Source: Felis catus
Lineage: Eukaryota
Assembly (NCBI RefSeq): GCF_018350175.1
Contig: NC_058382.1
Location: forward strand, 61,320,001-61,384,000
DNA length: 64,000 nucleotides
Direction of reading: 5' to 3'
The position numbers and the translations under genes were made by a program. Below are positions 37,263 to 57,200 of this stretch, piece by piece. The number at the start of each line of letters is the position of its first letter. Position 1 is the stretch's first letter. Below the pieces are notes generated by a model, which saw only the letters and a list, made by a program, of their open reading frames with translations, did not search any database and had not been told where the DNA came from.

Positions 37263-39659
37263 GGCAACAACCCTTCCGAGCTATGAGGCTGTGTGTTCTC
37301 AGCATCCCGGTCCTTGCGGGGGTGGGGAGGGGGGCTCCTGAGCACCCAGGGCAAATTTTGTCAAGATGGTCCCAGGCTAGACCCCCAGACTCAGGCGTGC
37401 CTGGGTCCTCCGGAAAGAGATTTGCATGGACATTGCTGAAGTCTAAAAACACACGGTCTGGGCTTCAGACCCCCCCCCCCCACCATATGAATGAACATGC
37501 ACACTCATGTATACCTGCGTGCCCCACACCTTTACGCACACACACATGTGACCACACCCCTGCCACCTGGCTCAGCTGCTCTCAGAGGGGAAAGCCAGGT
37601 CTGGAGCAGGGCTGAACCACTCCCCGACTCCAGGCCGGAGCCTCTCAGAACGCTCTGTCTGGACGGCCTCAGACTCCTGAGCAGGAGCCCCAGTGCCCAA
37701 GCGCCCGGGCCCTAAGACACCCACAAACAGGTGGACGGCCCCTTGCAGCTCCCAACCTGAAGGTGGACGGCCCACAGGTGCCTGCTCGGCTCCCCCACCC
37801 CTGTGAAGGTCCCTCCCTGTCATTCCCAGGCAGATCTGTGACCAGAAGGGACATTTGTGGGTATTTGCTGATTACTTAGGATCGATTCAGTGTTAAAGGA
37901 GGAAACCGCGAGTAAGGGTCTCTGTCCTGAATTGGCCAGATTCTGCCCAAAGCCCCCACTGGGCCACAGGGGATTCGTCTGGTGGAGACTGTGGGGAGGA
38001 TCCCCCTGGTGGCCTGCGGAGGCGGCACACGAATTCTGCTAACCTGGAAGTACTTTCTCCCCAGGCTTCACTACTTGTCCTGAAATGACCCGGATCCCTC
38101 CAGAGCACCACAGCTGCAGGCGCCACACCAGAAACATATCTGGTCCCGGGGAGTGCTTTGCTGTCCAATTCCAAAAGCCCCTTCCTGAGGAGTAAATAAA
38201 ACTGGGGGGGGGGGGGTGTCTTGGGGCCCTGATAACTGCCATAGAGGCAGTAGGCAGGGGCACGCACCCTGCAGCACGGACGCCCTTCAGGACGCGAGCG
38301 GCTTCCGCCAGGGGCCACCCATCCCCCGGCAAGGCCCACATCAGCACTTCTCAAACTCAAGGTGCAGAAGCAGCTCCAAGGACCCCGCTGCCCCGCAGAT
38401 ACGCGTGGGTGTGGGGGTGGGAGGTGGGGGACATCGCTGGGCAGCCTGAGGCTGAGGGGCAGGGGCACGATTCGGTTCCGGCTGTCAGCCTTGGTCACGC
38501 CTCACACGTTCAAAACCCCCATCCACACCGGGCAGGATGGGGAGCACCCACAACGGAAGATCGTGATTCTAACAGGAGAGGGACACAACCACTCCAAGGT
38601 GGCTGCGGACGAGAACAGAAGCACCGGGGGGCCTCTGGTCAGCGAGGGGTTTCTCTCAGAGGTGTGGCCAGCAATTCTGAGCGCTTTGTGCAAACACAAG
38701 CAAAGATGGGAGTGTGTGCGGCAGGCTTCTGCAGTCAAAGTTCCAAATGAGGAGAGGGAGGCTGATGACAGCAAGCGGTGGTTTCTGGCGCTCAGGGGAC
38801 AAACACCCACAGGTCCACGCTGACATAAACGACGGAGTAAGAAAAAGGAAACGGAGGGAAGGAACTCTTCGACGGAACTGCACATGGGAAATCACCACGA
38901 ATATTGTCACCAGGAGATTCACGGAGGGACACGGAGGTCGGGACAAAGCATGACCGTGTTTGCAGGCGATGCGGGCAGTCTTACGATTTTTTCCGACAGG
39001 ACATGCAACAGAGGAGGAAAATGAGACTTTCTGGGGGAGATGCCTGGCCCACACCACCTGTCCTAGGTGAGGACAGTGACACTGTGCACCTGGTGTGAGG
39101 CACTGAGGACACACCACCACTTCTGTGGGGGTCCCGCCTACAGCTGTGACCTCAATGTCATCGTGTGAAAACGTCCCATCAGCCCAAGTGGCAAGCCGGT
39201 CTGCAAAACAGCTGGCCGGCAGGCCTCAGGGTCACCCAGGCGCCAGAGACAGATGGGAGGGACGGTCCTGGGTTGGGTGGACGGAGGCAGGGCAAGCAGA
39301 CAGCTGTCAGGGTGGTTTCCTGACACAGCGGGTTACGTGCGGTTCACTAGGAAGGGGACGCGAAGGGCGCGGTAAACACAAGCGTATACAGACCGTGTGC
39401 TCTGCCGCTTTTATGTGTGTTTAAAATCAAGGTAAAAACTTAAAACTTCGGATTCTAATTCCATCTGTGGGGGCGGAGCCTGAGAACATGCATACCTCAC
39501 CCCCACCCCACCCGCGCTCCTCTAGGTACCCCTCCTCAGCCTCCTAAATGGGGGCCAGAGAGCCATACCAAGGGTCCCGCCTACGGCCCCACCTACGGCC
39601 CCCTGCCCGACCCAAAGCCAGGAAAGCAAAGCTGGAGACAGTTCTCAGGGATCAATTTG

Positions 39660-39665
39660 TTTACT
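39660..39665 (-). terminator. CHMP1A: Possible CHMP1A polyA signal (AGTAAA variant)
   Basis: tttact on + reads AGTAAA on -, ~1.4 kb past the stop; I saw no canonical AATAAA nearer. Confidence 0.35.
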
Positions 39666-41069
39666 CACAACAGTGTTTTAGGAACCGGGCAAACACACCC
39701 ACTGCTCTTTGATGAGCCACAGCCACGGAGCCCTGTACCCCCTGGGCAGCAGGACTCTCAGGACTTTCTCTGCACCCCTGCACGTGGGCGCCCTGAGAGA
39801 CCACGGCCAGGGAGTGAGGCGAGGTTGGCACTGAGGAAGGGAAGCCAGCACTCTGACCCTCCCTCTGGGGTCTCCCATCACCGTCCCGAGTGCCCAGGCC
39901 AACACAGCGGACTTCACAGAACACCCACAGCCACCAGGCCCAAGAGATCAGACGTAGCGAGTCACGGTAAGGGCCTCCAACGTTTCCGTGCACAAGAGCT
40001 GTGGGTGTGAGGGCAGCCCCGGCAGCTGAAGGCATCTGGGGAGGACTGGTCGGGGGGTCAGTCGAGCACGGAGCTGGGCCCTGCTCAGTACCAGCCACGA
40101 GGTACCTACCCTCCCACCCCCCCAGACTGTGCCAAGGAGGAGGCTTGGACCAACACCCCCCATCTGCCGCCTGCTCCTATTTTGGCAAAAAAACAAAAAA
40201 CCCAGGAAGCTTCAAGAAAACAAAGTAAACTTCAAGACGTGAAAAAACTAGAAACCACAGCCCGTCACGGAGAATCTTCAGGAGGGGGCTGCAGCCAGCT
40301 GCTCGGCTGTGGCTGCCACGGCCCTGCCGGGGGCACCTCTCCCAGCCCCCGAGCTCCGGCCAGCCACTCTGACTTCCAGGTCTGACGGTGTGGGCAGGAG
40401 GAGAGCCCAGTCGTGGGGAGGCACCTATTATTTACAGTACAGGAGAGCACGGTGCAGGGGCAGCACCCGACCGGGAGCGTGAGACCGTCTGCTCCCCGCT
40501 GGGAGGGGCCTCGGTGCAGACCCTGAGTTCCTGGAGGACACACGACACGGCTCTCAGGGCCCAGGTCCTCCGGAGGCGGCAGTGGAACGAGACACCCCCA
40601 CCCCCCCGCCCCCGGGTGGGCCCGCCTGGACTCGGAGCCTGGAGGCTTACACCGAAACCCCGAGTGGGGACGCGGCCCGAAACAGGAAGCAGCCCTGACC
40701 CCTGCTGACTGCCAGCAGCACGGAGTCCGGAGGCCCCCACGGTCCACACAGTGTCCACTGGTCAGTCCCCATCAACTCCTCCGAGGGTAGGAGATGGAGA
40801 GGGGGAGGCCTGCAGAACCCCGAGCTGGTCAGCCCAAAGTCACAGAAATAACCCACAGAAGTCAGAAGTTTGTGCAAACTCACCCACCAGGACACAGAGC
40901 CACCGTCTACGCTAAGAGGAACAATTCCCAGGCCTGGAGGTCAGGGCTGCGCTGCAGGGCGTGCAGGAAGGCAAGAGGTGGGGGGGGGGGGGGGGGAGAT
41001 GTAGCCCTCGTCCCCGGCCCTTCCCGCACGTCGAGGCGGGGGACGCAGGGCCCTGCAGCAGGATCTCGG

Positions 41070-47890
<6,821 letters not shown>

Positions 47891-48184
47891 GGCAGGTCCG
47901 GCAGGGGCAGCCCTCGCAGGAACCGACTGACGGGAACCCCGGGGCCGAGTCGATCGCACCAAACAGCTCCGTCGCGCGGGAACTTCCGGGGTCACCGCCC
48001 ACTTCCGGCGACCGGCAGCTCTCGCGAGACTACGACGCAAGTCCCGCGGGCGGGGCGGGCCGGGCCGGGCCGTTGCCGTGGAGACCCGCGCAGGTCGGCC
48101 GGGTTAGCGTCTGTGAGTCACTCCCGCGGCGCGCCAGCAGAGGTACGGAGTGCGGGGCTGCGCCGGGGAGCGGTGGGCTCACCT

Positions 48185-48221
48185 ATGGGACTTTCCAAAA
48201 GCAAACACAAACCTAGGAAAG
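48185..48221 (+). CDS. SPATA33: SPATA33 exon 1 (coding part)
   Basis: MGLSKSKHKPRK(G); donor g|gtaaag. Confidence 0.88.
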
Positions 48222-51200
48222 GTAAAGGGCCGTCGGCCCGTCGTCTCATAGGCCCGCGGCCGCGGTTCGCGCAGGGCTGGCGGGGCGACAGGGGCGCTCG
48301 GCGGGGTCCGCCCACGCCGGGGGCTGGGGGTGCTGGGCGCTCCACCCGCCCCTGCTCCTCACTCCTGAGTGAGGCGCCTGAGTCCTCCCTGGGGAGGACT
48401 GTGCTTCGGGAGTCTTTTCACCAACGGAAACACCCACGTTCAGAGAGACGGAGGGACCCAAGGGTTGCGAGCTTCCTTGTTTCATTGTGGGCCAAAGCAG
48501 CCAACTGAAGGATGGGGATCCAGTAAACTGTAGGACTAATTGTCCGTGTGTTTCAGGTGAGGAGCAAAAGGGGCGCGTCTGTTCAGTTCCCAAGGCCAAG
48601 GAAAGGCCGATGGGCAGGCATTCTCAAGAGTCTGAGAAGCCTCCGGACACTAAGCCTGCAGAGAGCCTCCATGGAAAGAGAGGGGCAGCCAAGCGGCAGT
48701 GGCCTTCATCTGAAGTCGAAGGTAAGGCACGCCCGGGAGGGGACAGAACCTGAGGCCGGGGAATGTGGGGGTGGTGTAGAAAGGGGCCTGAGTGGTGGCA
48801 TACCAGTGGCAGGGGGCATGCCCTAGTGAGGGAAGGGTTTTAGGACCTTTACGTAGGAGGTAAATATCCAGAATTGTCGGCGGAAAACAGCAGTTGGATA
48901 AAGGTTTGGGTAACTTTCCAGGTGGTAGATGCATAGCAGAGTCCAGAGGGACTTCGCAGCGTCTGGCTGCAAGGCAGACCCACCGTTCCCGAGGGCCGAG
49001 TGTCTTTGGGCAGGACTGTTGCTCCCTCAACATTCCGCAGACTGGAACAGGACCTGGGAGTCCTGTAAGAAGGGATGTGGGAACTCAACCCGGGGCACAG
49101 GGATCAGAGGAAGTAGGACGTCGGTGGGACAGAGAGGTCAGTTTGGTAAATGTATTCACTTTGTTGGCAGCCTAGTGTGGCCAGACCTTTGGCCTCAGAA
49201 GCAGCCAGAATATGAAGCCTTTCATCAATTTTATCATGTGCATTATGGAAACGGAACTGTTAAATAACTAAAACAAGGCAGGTGTGATGGGGTTTGTGCC
49301 TTGGAGAAGTCTTTCTCCAGAATAGAGGCTACTCGGGGGCAGGGAGGGGACCTGTCATAGGCCCGTGGCAGCAATGGAGTAGGAACTAATGAGGTATTGG
49401 CAGTAGGAATTCTGAAAGGATGCGGGAGGTAGGACCCGCAGACCCTGCTGTTGGAGGGGACGTGGGGCATCACTGACCTAGGAATGAATGGTTGGCAGGT
49501 CAGACAATGCTGGCCTGGTGAGCACGGGTGGGCTCCGATTGAGGCACCTGCGAGGTCAAGGGCAGGAAGCCGTTTGAAATGAGGGTGCTGGGCTTGGGAG
49601 CAAGGCCCGGACTCCAGATCCTGCTGTATGAACCCTTGCCTGAGTGGAAGACTGCAGGAAGGGCCAGCGTCCTGGGGAGGAGGTTTGAAGAACGCTGCCG
49701 GTCGGTCAGGAGCCTTCTGGCTGCAAGTCACAGAGCAGCTAACAAGATGCGGCTATACTGCTGAGGGGTTCAACACCTCCCAAATGAAGGGTCACAAGAG
49801 GGCACTCACGGTGGCTTGCTCAGCAGCATGCCATGGCATCAAGGACTGTTTGGGTCTACGCTTTTGCCACCCTCAGTGTTGTCAGAGAGCTGGATGGCCC
49901 TTGGCGTCACGTGCAGACTGGACTGCTGTCTCGTTCACGAGAGGCCGTTCTCCATGCAAGAACTTTCCCTTGGAGGGTCTCACCTGCCCAGCATCGCCAG
50001 GATAGGCTCAGATGTGAAAGTTCTGGGGCTGGACTTCTGCCAGTACAGGCAGGTGTGGGCAGGTGGGTGTCGGCTGGAGAGGCACCTAGTGTCCGTCACA
50101 CCCTCCTTTCAGAGGGTAGAGAGACGGTGGATATAGAGGGGCAAGGTCAGAGAGCGAGAGTGAAGGTGGGGTTTCAAGAGAGAAGGTGAAGAGTGGTTTC
50201 TCCATCTAAGGCGGCATCTCAGCAGTGACGGGGAACAAGCTACTGACATCGTGCCCACGAGGGAGTCCCCAAATCCTGATAGTCCACTGAAAGAGGCCAA
50301 ACGTAAGAGACCACATGTATCGTTATTCTATTTATGTGAAGTGTCCGGGAAAGGCAAATTTATATAAAGGGAAGCCTGGACTAAGGGTGGGAGCAGGGAT
50401 CAGCCATAAATGGGAACAAGGGTTCTTTTGAAGGTGACAGAAATGTTCTCAATACTGGAACGATGGGTGACCAACACTGAAAGTTTACGAAAAATCACTG
50501 AATGGTATGCTCAAACAGGTGAATTTTATGGTATGTAAATTATACCGCAACAAAGCTGTTAGAAAAGAAAGAAGGTAATTTGGTCAACAGCATTAAATGT
50601 TGCAAAGAGATCAAGTAAACCCAGAAAAGGCTGCGTTCGATAAGGCGGACGCAGCGGGTCTTGGTCACCTTGCAGAGAGCAGGATCCGGCGATCAGAACT
50701 GCAGACACCTGGTCTGCCAGGTGGAACATTTAAACCAGGGCGTGAGCAGCTTCTCTCTCACATTTGTGCTGTAAAGCTGAAGAATTTCCCTATTAGATTT
50801 GGAAAAAGTAGGGCCTTGGGAGTCAAAGTTTCCTTCAACTAACCTAATACTACAAAAGGCTAAGAGCAATGGAGAGTCCTAATGAGGCGAAAATGCTGTG
50901 TATCACGTAAATAATAAAAGTAGGTCTTACTACTATGGGATAAAAACCAGAAAGTTCTTTCTGGGGTAGGAATGAGGGAGGGAGAGGCCAGCTGACTGGA
51001 AGGGAGCCTGTGGGGACGCTGCATGGTGGTAGAAAGTTCTGCCTCTCCTGGGGGTGATTACACAGGTGCATACAATTGTGAAAACGAATCCAGCTGTGCA
51101 GTTAAGGACTGGGCATTTTATCTTCTGTGAATTGTGCTTCAAAACGCAGAGAATACACACCAGTCCTTGTCTCTTAGAGCTGCACCCAAAGTACTGAAGT

Positions 51201-54200
51201 ATAAATCGATGTGACTGACCGAGATGGTGTCTGAGATTTGCTGCGAAGTGGAAAGAGTGCGGCTGAGGACATTTTCCAAAGGCAGCCGCAGCCCCTGCTC
51301 TGCCTCGGGTTCTGCCGTGTGACCTTGATGCCCCTCCCACCTGGGCGGGGCCTGTAGCCTCTCCTTAAATCTCTGCCAGCTTGACATTCTCTTGTAACCA
51401 ATAGAAGGTGGAGAAAAGTGGTTTGTGAGGCTGGGCCGGGAAAGGCGATGCCGTCCCGCCTTGCTCTCCGGAACGCAGACCGGCGCCTGGAACCCTGAGC
51501 CGCCACACCCCGCCTGGAAGGAGCCCAGCCCCCTAGGGAGGCCTCGCGGCCCTGGTCTCTAAGCCCTTCCAGCCTAAGGGCCGGACTTGCGACTGAACAA
51601 ACCTTCAGGTGATTCTGGCCCCCCGCCTAGGGGTCTCCCCGGCCGAGCCACCAGACACCACATAGCAGTAGCATCAGTGACCAGCCCTGGGAGCCGCTGT
51701 CTTGCACGTCCAGCCCAGCGGAGCCTTCAGAGACCACAGCCCCAGACAGCATCCAACTGTAGCCACCTGGGGACCATAAACCATAGCTGCCCGGTCAAAC
51801 CTGTCCTGAATTCCCGACCCTCAAAATTGTGAGAAAATAAAACGGTTGTCTCAAGCTGCTACGGGTTGGGGTAAGTTGTCATGTAGCAGCGGTAACTAGA
51901 ATGGGGGGTAAGCGCTGGGGCGGAGGTGGAGTCTGACCTTGCGCTTGACCTGTGGCAGCTGTGGGATGGGTTCGTTGTCTTGCTACTTCTGTAGATACTT
52001 ACACCTTTGCATTACGAAACCCACATACGCACGTTATACCACACATTAACACGCCACAAAAATGTGCAATCGGCCAGTTCCAAAATGCTGGAAATTCTAG
52101 TGGAAAAAAAAATGATCCTGATTTTTCTGCAAATAAATGACATGGAAAAAAGGTCTACTCTGGCTGCTGTAACAAAATGCCATAGACTGTGTAGCTTCAA
52201 CAACAGACATTTATTCGTCCTAATTCTAGAGGCGGAGGAGTCCCAACAATCTGATTCGATTCCTGTGAGGACCCCTCCTTGGCCTGCAAACAGCCATCAA
52301 ATTGCTGTGTTGTCTTTTTTTTTTTTTTTTGCAAGGGGGATAAACAGATACATTTTGCCTGTAAAGACTTTTTTTTTCAACATTTTATTTATTTTTAGGA
52401 GAGAGAGAGAGAGAGACAGAGCACAAGTGGGGGAGGGGCAGAGAGAGAGAGGGAGACACAGAATCCTAAGCAGGCTCCAGGCTCTGAGCTGTCAGCACAG
52501 AGCCCTGTGCCAGGCTCGAACTCACAGACCCTGAGATCAGGACCTGAGGTGAAGTTGGATGCTTAAATGACTGAAGCACCCAGGTGCCCCAGATTGCTGT
52601 GTCTTCACATGGCTGGGGAGAGAGGGTTGTGGTCTCCTCCTCCTCCTCCTCCTGTAAGGGCACTGATCCCATCGTGGGGGCTCTACCCTCATGACCTCGT
52701 CTCAACCTAATCACTTCCCCAAAGCCCCACCTCCACATTTCATCCCGCTGCGGATTAGGCCTTTCACACTCGACTTCCTGACTTCCGGGGGGACCCAAAC
52801 ATTCAGTCCATAGCAGAGAGAACTGTGCAAGGACACTTGAGGGACCTAGGAACTGAATACAGCGTGGGCCTGGGCTAAGTCATTCTTGAGATACCAAATT
52901 GAGTATTAGTTATTAATAATGGTTTTCTTAGATGTGACAAGGTTATTGTGCTTATGCTAAAAATAATCCCTATTTGATAAACGTATTGCATTAACTATGG
53001 GTAAAATTATATGTCTGAGATTTGCTTTCCTGAGATTTCCTCAGGAAAAACACTGAGGAAGATAGACAAAACAAAGGGACAAAACATTGAATCTGGGTGA
53101 TGCATATATGGGTATCGTTATACTATTGTTTCCATGTGTGTCTGAATATGTCCATAATTTTTTGAAGGCAGAGTGTGCCTATTTGCAATAAGTCAGCTAT
53201 TTCAAATATCCTGAAGGAAAAAAACCAATTTCAAAAGATCACATGCTGTAGGATTCCATTTATATAATCTCCAAATGACAAAATTACAGAAATGTGAGAA
53301 TAGACCAGTGGTTGCCAGAGTCTATTAGGGATGGTAGGGGGGTGGGAAGGTTGGGGGGAGGGGAGAAAGGTGTGGCTATAGAGGTATAGCAAAGAGGAGG
53401 TCTTTGTGGTGTATCTGGATCTTAGTGATCTTGATCTTAGTGGTGGTTACATGGGATAAAATGGCACAGAACACAAACTGTGCCAAAATCAACATCTTGG
53501 TGTTGCCATTGTACTGTAATTACGTAAGATGTTACCATTGGAGGAAACTGGGTGAAAGGTATATGGGACTTATCTGTACTTTCGGAACTTTCTGTGAGTT
53601 TATAACTTCAAAATTGTAAGTTTAAAAATGTATCAAAATTGGGGCATCTGGCTGGCTCAGTCTGTAGAGCATGTGACTCTTGATCTTGGGGTTGTGACTT
53701 CGAACCCCACATTGGGTGTAGAGATGACTTAAAAATAAAATCTAAGGGGCACCTGGGTGGCTCAGCTGGTTGAGCGTCCAACTTCGGCCCACGTCATGAT
53801 CTCGAGGTTCGTGAGTTTGAGCCCGGGTCAGGCTCTGTGCTGACAGCTCAGAGCCTGGAGCCTGCTTTGGATTCTGTGTCTCCTCTCGCTCTGCCTCTCT
53901 CAAAAACAGACATGAAAAAAACATTTTAATAAACTAAAATAAAATCTTAAAAAAAATACATCAAAATTTGTAATAATTAAAATAATATAGTTCCGGTATA
54001 ATAGATCAATGAAACAAAATATGGACAAGAATAAGACCTTACTGGGGTGCCTGGGGGGGCTCCATCAGTTGAGCGTCCGACTTCGGCTCGGGTCACGATC
54101 TCTCAATTTGTGAGTTCAGGCCCTGCGTCAGGCTCTGTGCTGACAGCTCGGAGCTTGGAGCCTGCTTCACATCCTGTGTCTCCCTCTCTCTGCCCCTCCC

Positions 54201-57200
54201 CTGCTCATGCCCTGTCTCTGTCTCTCTCTGTCTCAAAAAATAAACATTAAAAAGAAAAAAAAAAGACCTTACTATGAGTGTGTGTGTATAAAATTAGCAC
54301 CAAAAGTAAGTGGCAAAGGAAGAATTATACAATAAATTATGCTAGAAGAATTGCTTACCATTTTAAGGGAAAACTCATGTTGAATTTTAACTTCCTGCTA
54401 TGTGCTCAGAGAAATTCCAGCTAGGGGAGAGTGAATATAAGAAGTGACTACAGGGGCGCCTTGGGGGCCCCAGTCATTAGGCAACCGGTTCTTGGTATCG
54501 GCTCAGGTCATGATCTCACGGCTTTGTGGGTTCGAGCCCCGCTTTGGGCTCTGCGCTGCCAGCACAGAGCCTGCTTGGGATTCTCTCTCTCTCCCTCTGC
54601 CCATCCCCTACTTGTGCAGTCTCTCTCAAAATAAATAAACTTTTTTTTTTTTTTTTTTTTTTTGGGGACAGAGAGAGACAGAGCATGAACGGGGGAGGGG
54701 CAGAGAGAGAGGGAGACACAGAATCGGAAACAGGCTCCAGGCTCCCAGCCATCAGCCCAGAGCCTGACGCGGGGCTCGAACTCACGGACCGCGAGATCGT
54801 GACCTGGCTGAAGTCGGACGCTTAACCGACTGCGCCACCCAGGCGCCCCTCAAAATAAATAAACTTTAAAACAAAGAACAGAAATGACTACAAAAATAGG
54901 TACATTTTAATATGAGTCCTCAGTGGGGATCGTCTTTCTAAGAGTCAAAACAAAGACATTACAAAGAGATAACTGAAGAATCTGACTACGTTAAAAAGTA
55001 AAACATCTCCCCAAATCCTCTACAAACAAACGTAAAACAAATGGTAAGGTCAAAAAATATTTGCATCATATGAAAGGTCAAAGAATAACACACAACAGAT
55101 CAAGTGCTCTGACACATTGTTGATGGAAATACCGATTTTCCTGAAGACAACTTGGTAATGTGGTAGGCGGGATTCTCAGGCCCCAAGATCCCTGTCTGCC
55201 CCTTGAATGTGGGTGGGGCCTGTGAAGAAGATGGGTGTTACTCCTGTGATCCCGTTAGTAATCCATTGGTTTTGACTTCAAACGGAGTTTATTCTGGGTC
55301 AGCCAGACCTAACCAGAGAAGCCTTTTTTAAAAAGTCAGTGTCAGGTGGCTGTGAAGAAGGAAGCTACCGTGTCAATCATATCTCAAAAGAAATTTTTTT
55401 TAAGCTGCCACATTGTGAGAGGAGCTGTGAGCAACCTCTACCAACGGCCAGCAAGAAAGCAGGGACGTCAGTCCCTCACCCATAAAGAACGAACCTCTAC
55501 CCAGCAGCCTGAATGAGTTTGGAAGGCCCCAGGCCCGAGAGAAGATGCAGTCTGGCTGACAGCTGGATCGTAGCCTGGACTTAGGACCAACAGAATTGGA
55601 GATGACAAATACAGGTACTGTTTTAAGCCAGCCACTAAATTTGTGGTGATTTGTTAGACAGTAATTGAAAACTAGTACAGGTAATATGTATCAAGAGTCC
55701 TAAAAAAGATTCGTGTTCCTACGTGAAAACGTTTTAAAACTCTAAAGAACTCTTGTTCTGAATTAGAGAACCTCAATAATGTAAAGATGTTAACTCTCCC
55801 TTAGTCTATAAAATCAGTGACCCCAATCGGAACACCACAGTTCTTTTTGGGGACTGGACCAAATTATTCTAATGTTTACCTAGGAGATAAAAACATAAAA
55901 ATAGCAGGAAACTGGAAGAGCAGAGGCACAAGAGGGATTGAGCCCCGACATGAAAGTGTGTTGCCATGGAGAGAGCAGGGTGGACACATGTGTCTCACCG
56001 TCACGGAATTCATGATGAAGGCACCAAGTGGAAGGAGTGGAGGAAAGATGGGAGAGTTCGCTCGGTGGTTCAGAGACAGCTGACTGGACCACTGAGAAAG
56101 CAACGACGCTGCCTCGGTCCTTACTCCAATTCTCCAGGAACCAGAACACTGAACATAGTAAAACAGTAACGGTTTTTGTAGGTTGGGTGGAGGGAGCACC
56201 TTTTCGCTCTGACAGACTCTAAGAGCCAGAAGAAAGAGACTGATGTGTCTGAACCGTTTACGGTACCAGCGCCAATGGCAAATTTCCTAAATGTACAAAA
56301 AGCTCTTGCACACAAAAAAGGTCCAAGTGCAAAATGAGCAAAGAACGTGACCAGCATTCACAGGAAGATAAACACCACTGGACTGTGAATAAGCAGCAAG
56401 ACGCTACCTCCCCTTGCTAAGGTAAAGCTTCAGGGAAGGTGATTGGGACCAGTGGGGGCAGAAGTCAGTACTTCCCATTTTCATATAAATGGGAAAAGAT
56501 TTAGCAAATTGGCAAGGATGAGGGGAGGGGATGGAGACATGTCCTGTTTATAGAGTCTTAGTGGAAATATGTATTGATGTAATCTTTACAAAAAACAACT
56601 GGACAATACTTACCAAAATCTTCATTCCAGTAAATTACCCAGTAGATACACCCTCACAAATGTGCAAGTACATAAATGAAAGAATGTTCATTGCAGCATC
56701 ACTTGAAAAAGATAAAAACTGCAAATAACCCCAGTTATGTTCATTAAAGGGAGCTGGTTGTGTAATGGATGGGCCCCAGAGAGCGAAACACAGGCTGCCG
56801 TGGAAGAGGCCACCCCTGTATGTGCAAACATGGGGCTCAGCCAAGCCCTGCGAGCAGTTGCCGGACTCCCCCTTCCATAATGTGACCCTAAAAGCATCAA
56901 ACAGTGCGTGCACATCATTCCATATGCAGTTTTTAAATCGCATAGTCATCACCTCTTTGTCTTAATACGCAAAAAGTGTGTATTAATATAAAAAACATGA
57001 ACTCCCCAACTTAAATGCAAAATACGATGAAATGCAGTTTTTTTTTTTACTTATGATAAAAATAAAAAGGACACTCTCAGTGCCTGGTGCAGGCCATGGG
57101 CCCTTCACTGGTAGTTAAAACCATCGGAGCTGTGGATGCGGTGACGAAGAAGGAGGGAGCTCGGGGCCCCAGCATCTCCCTGTACCGTCAGCCTTGAGCA

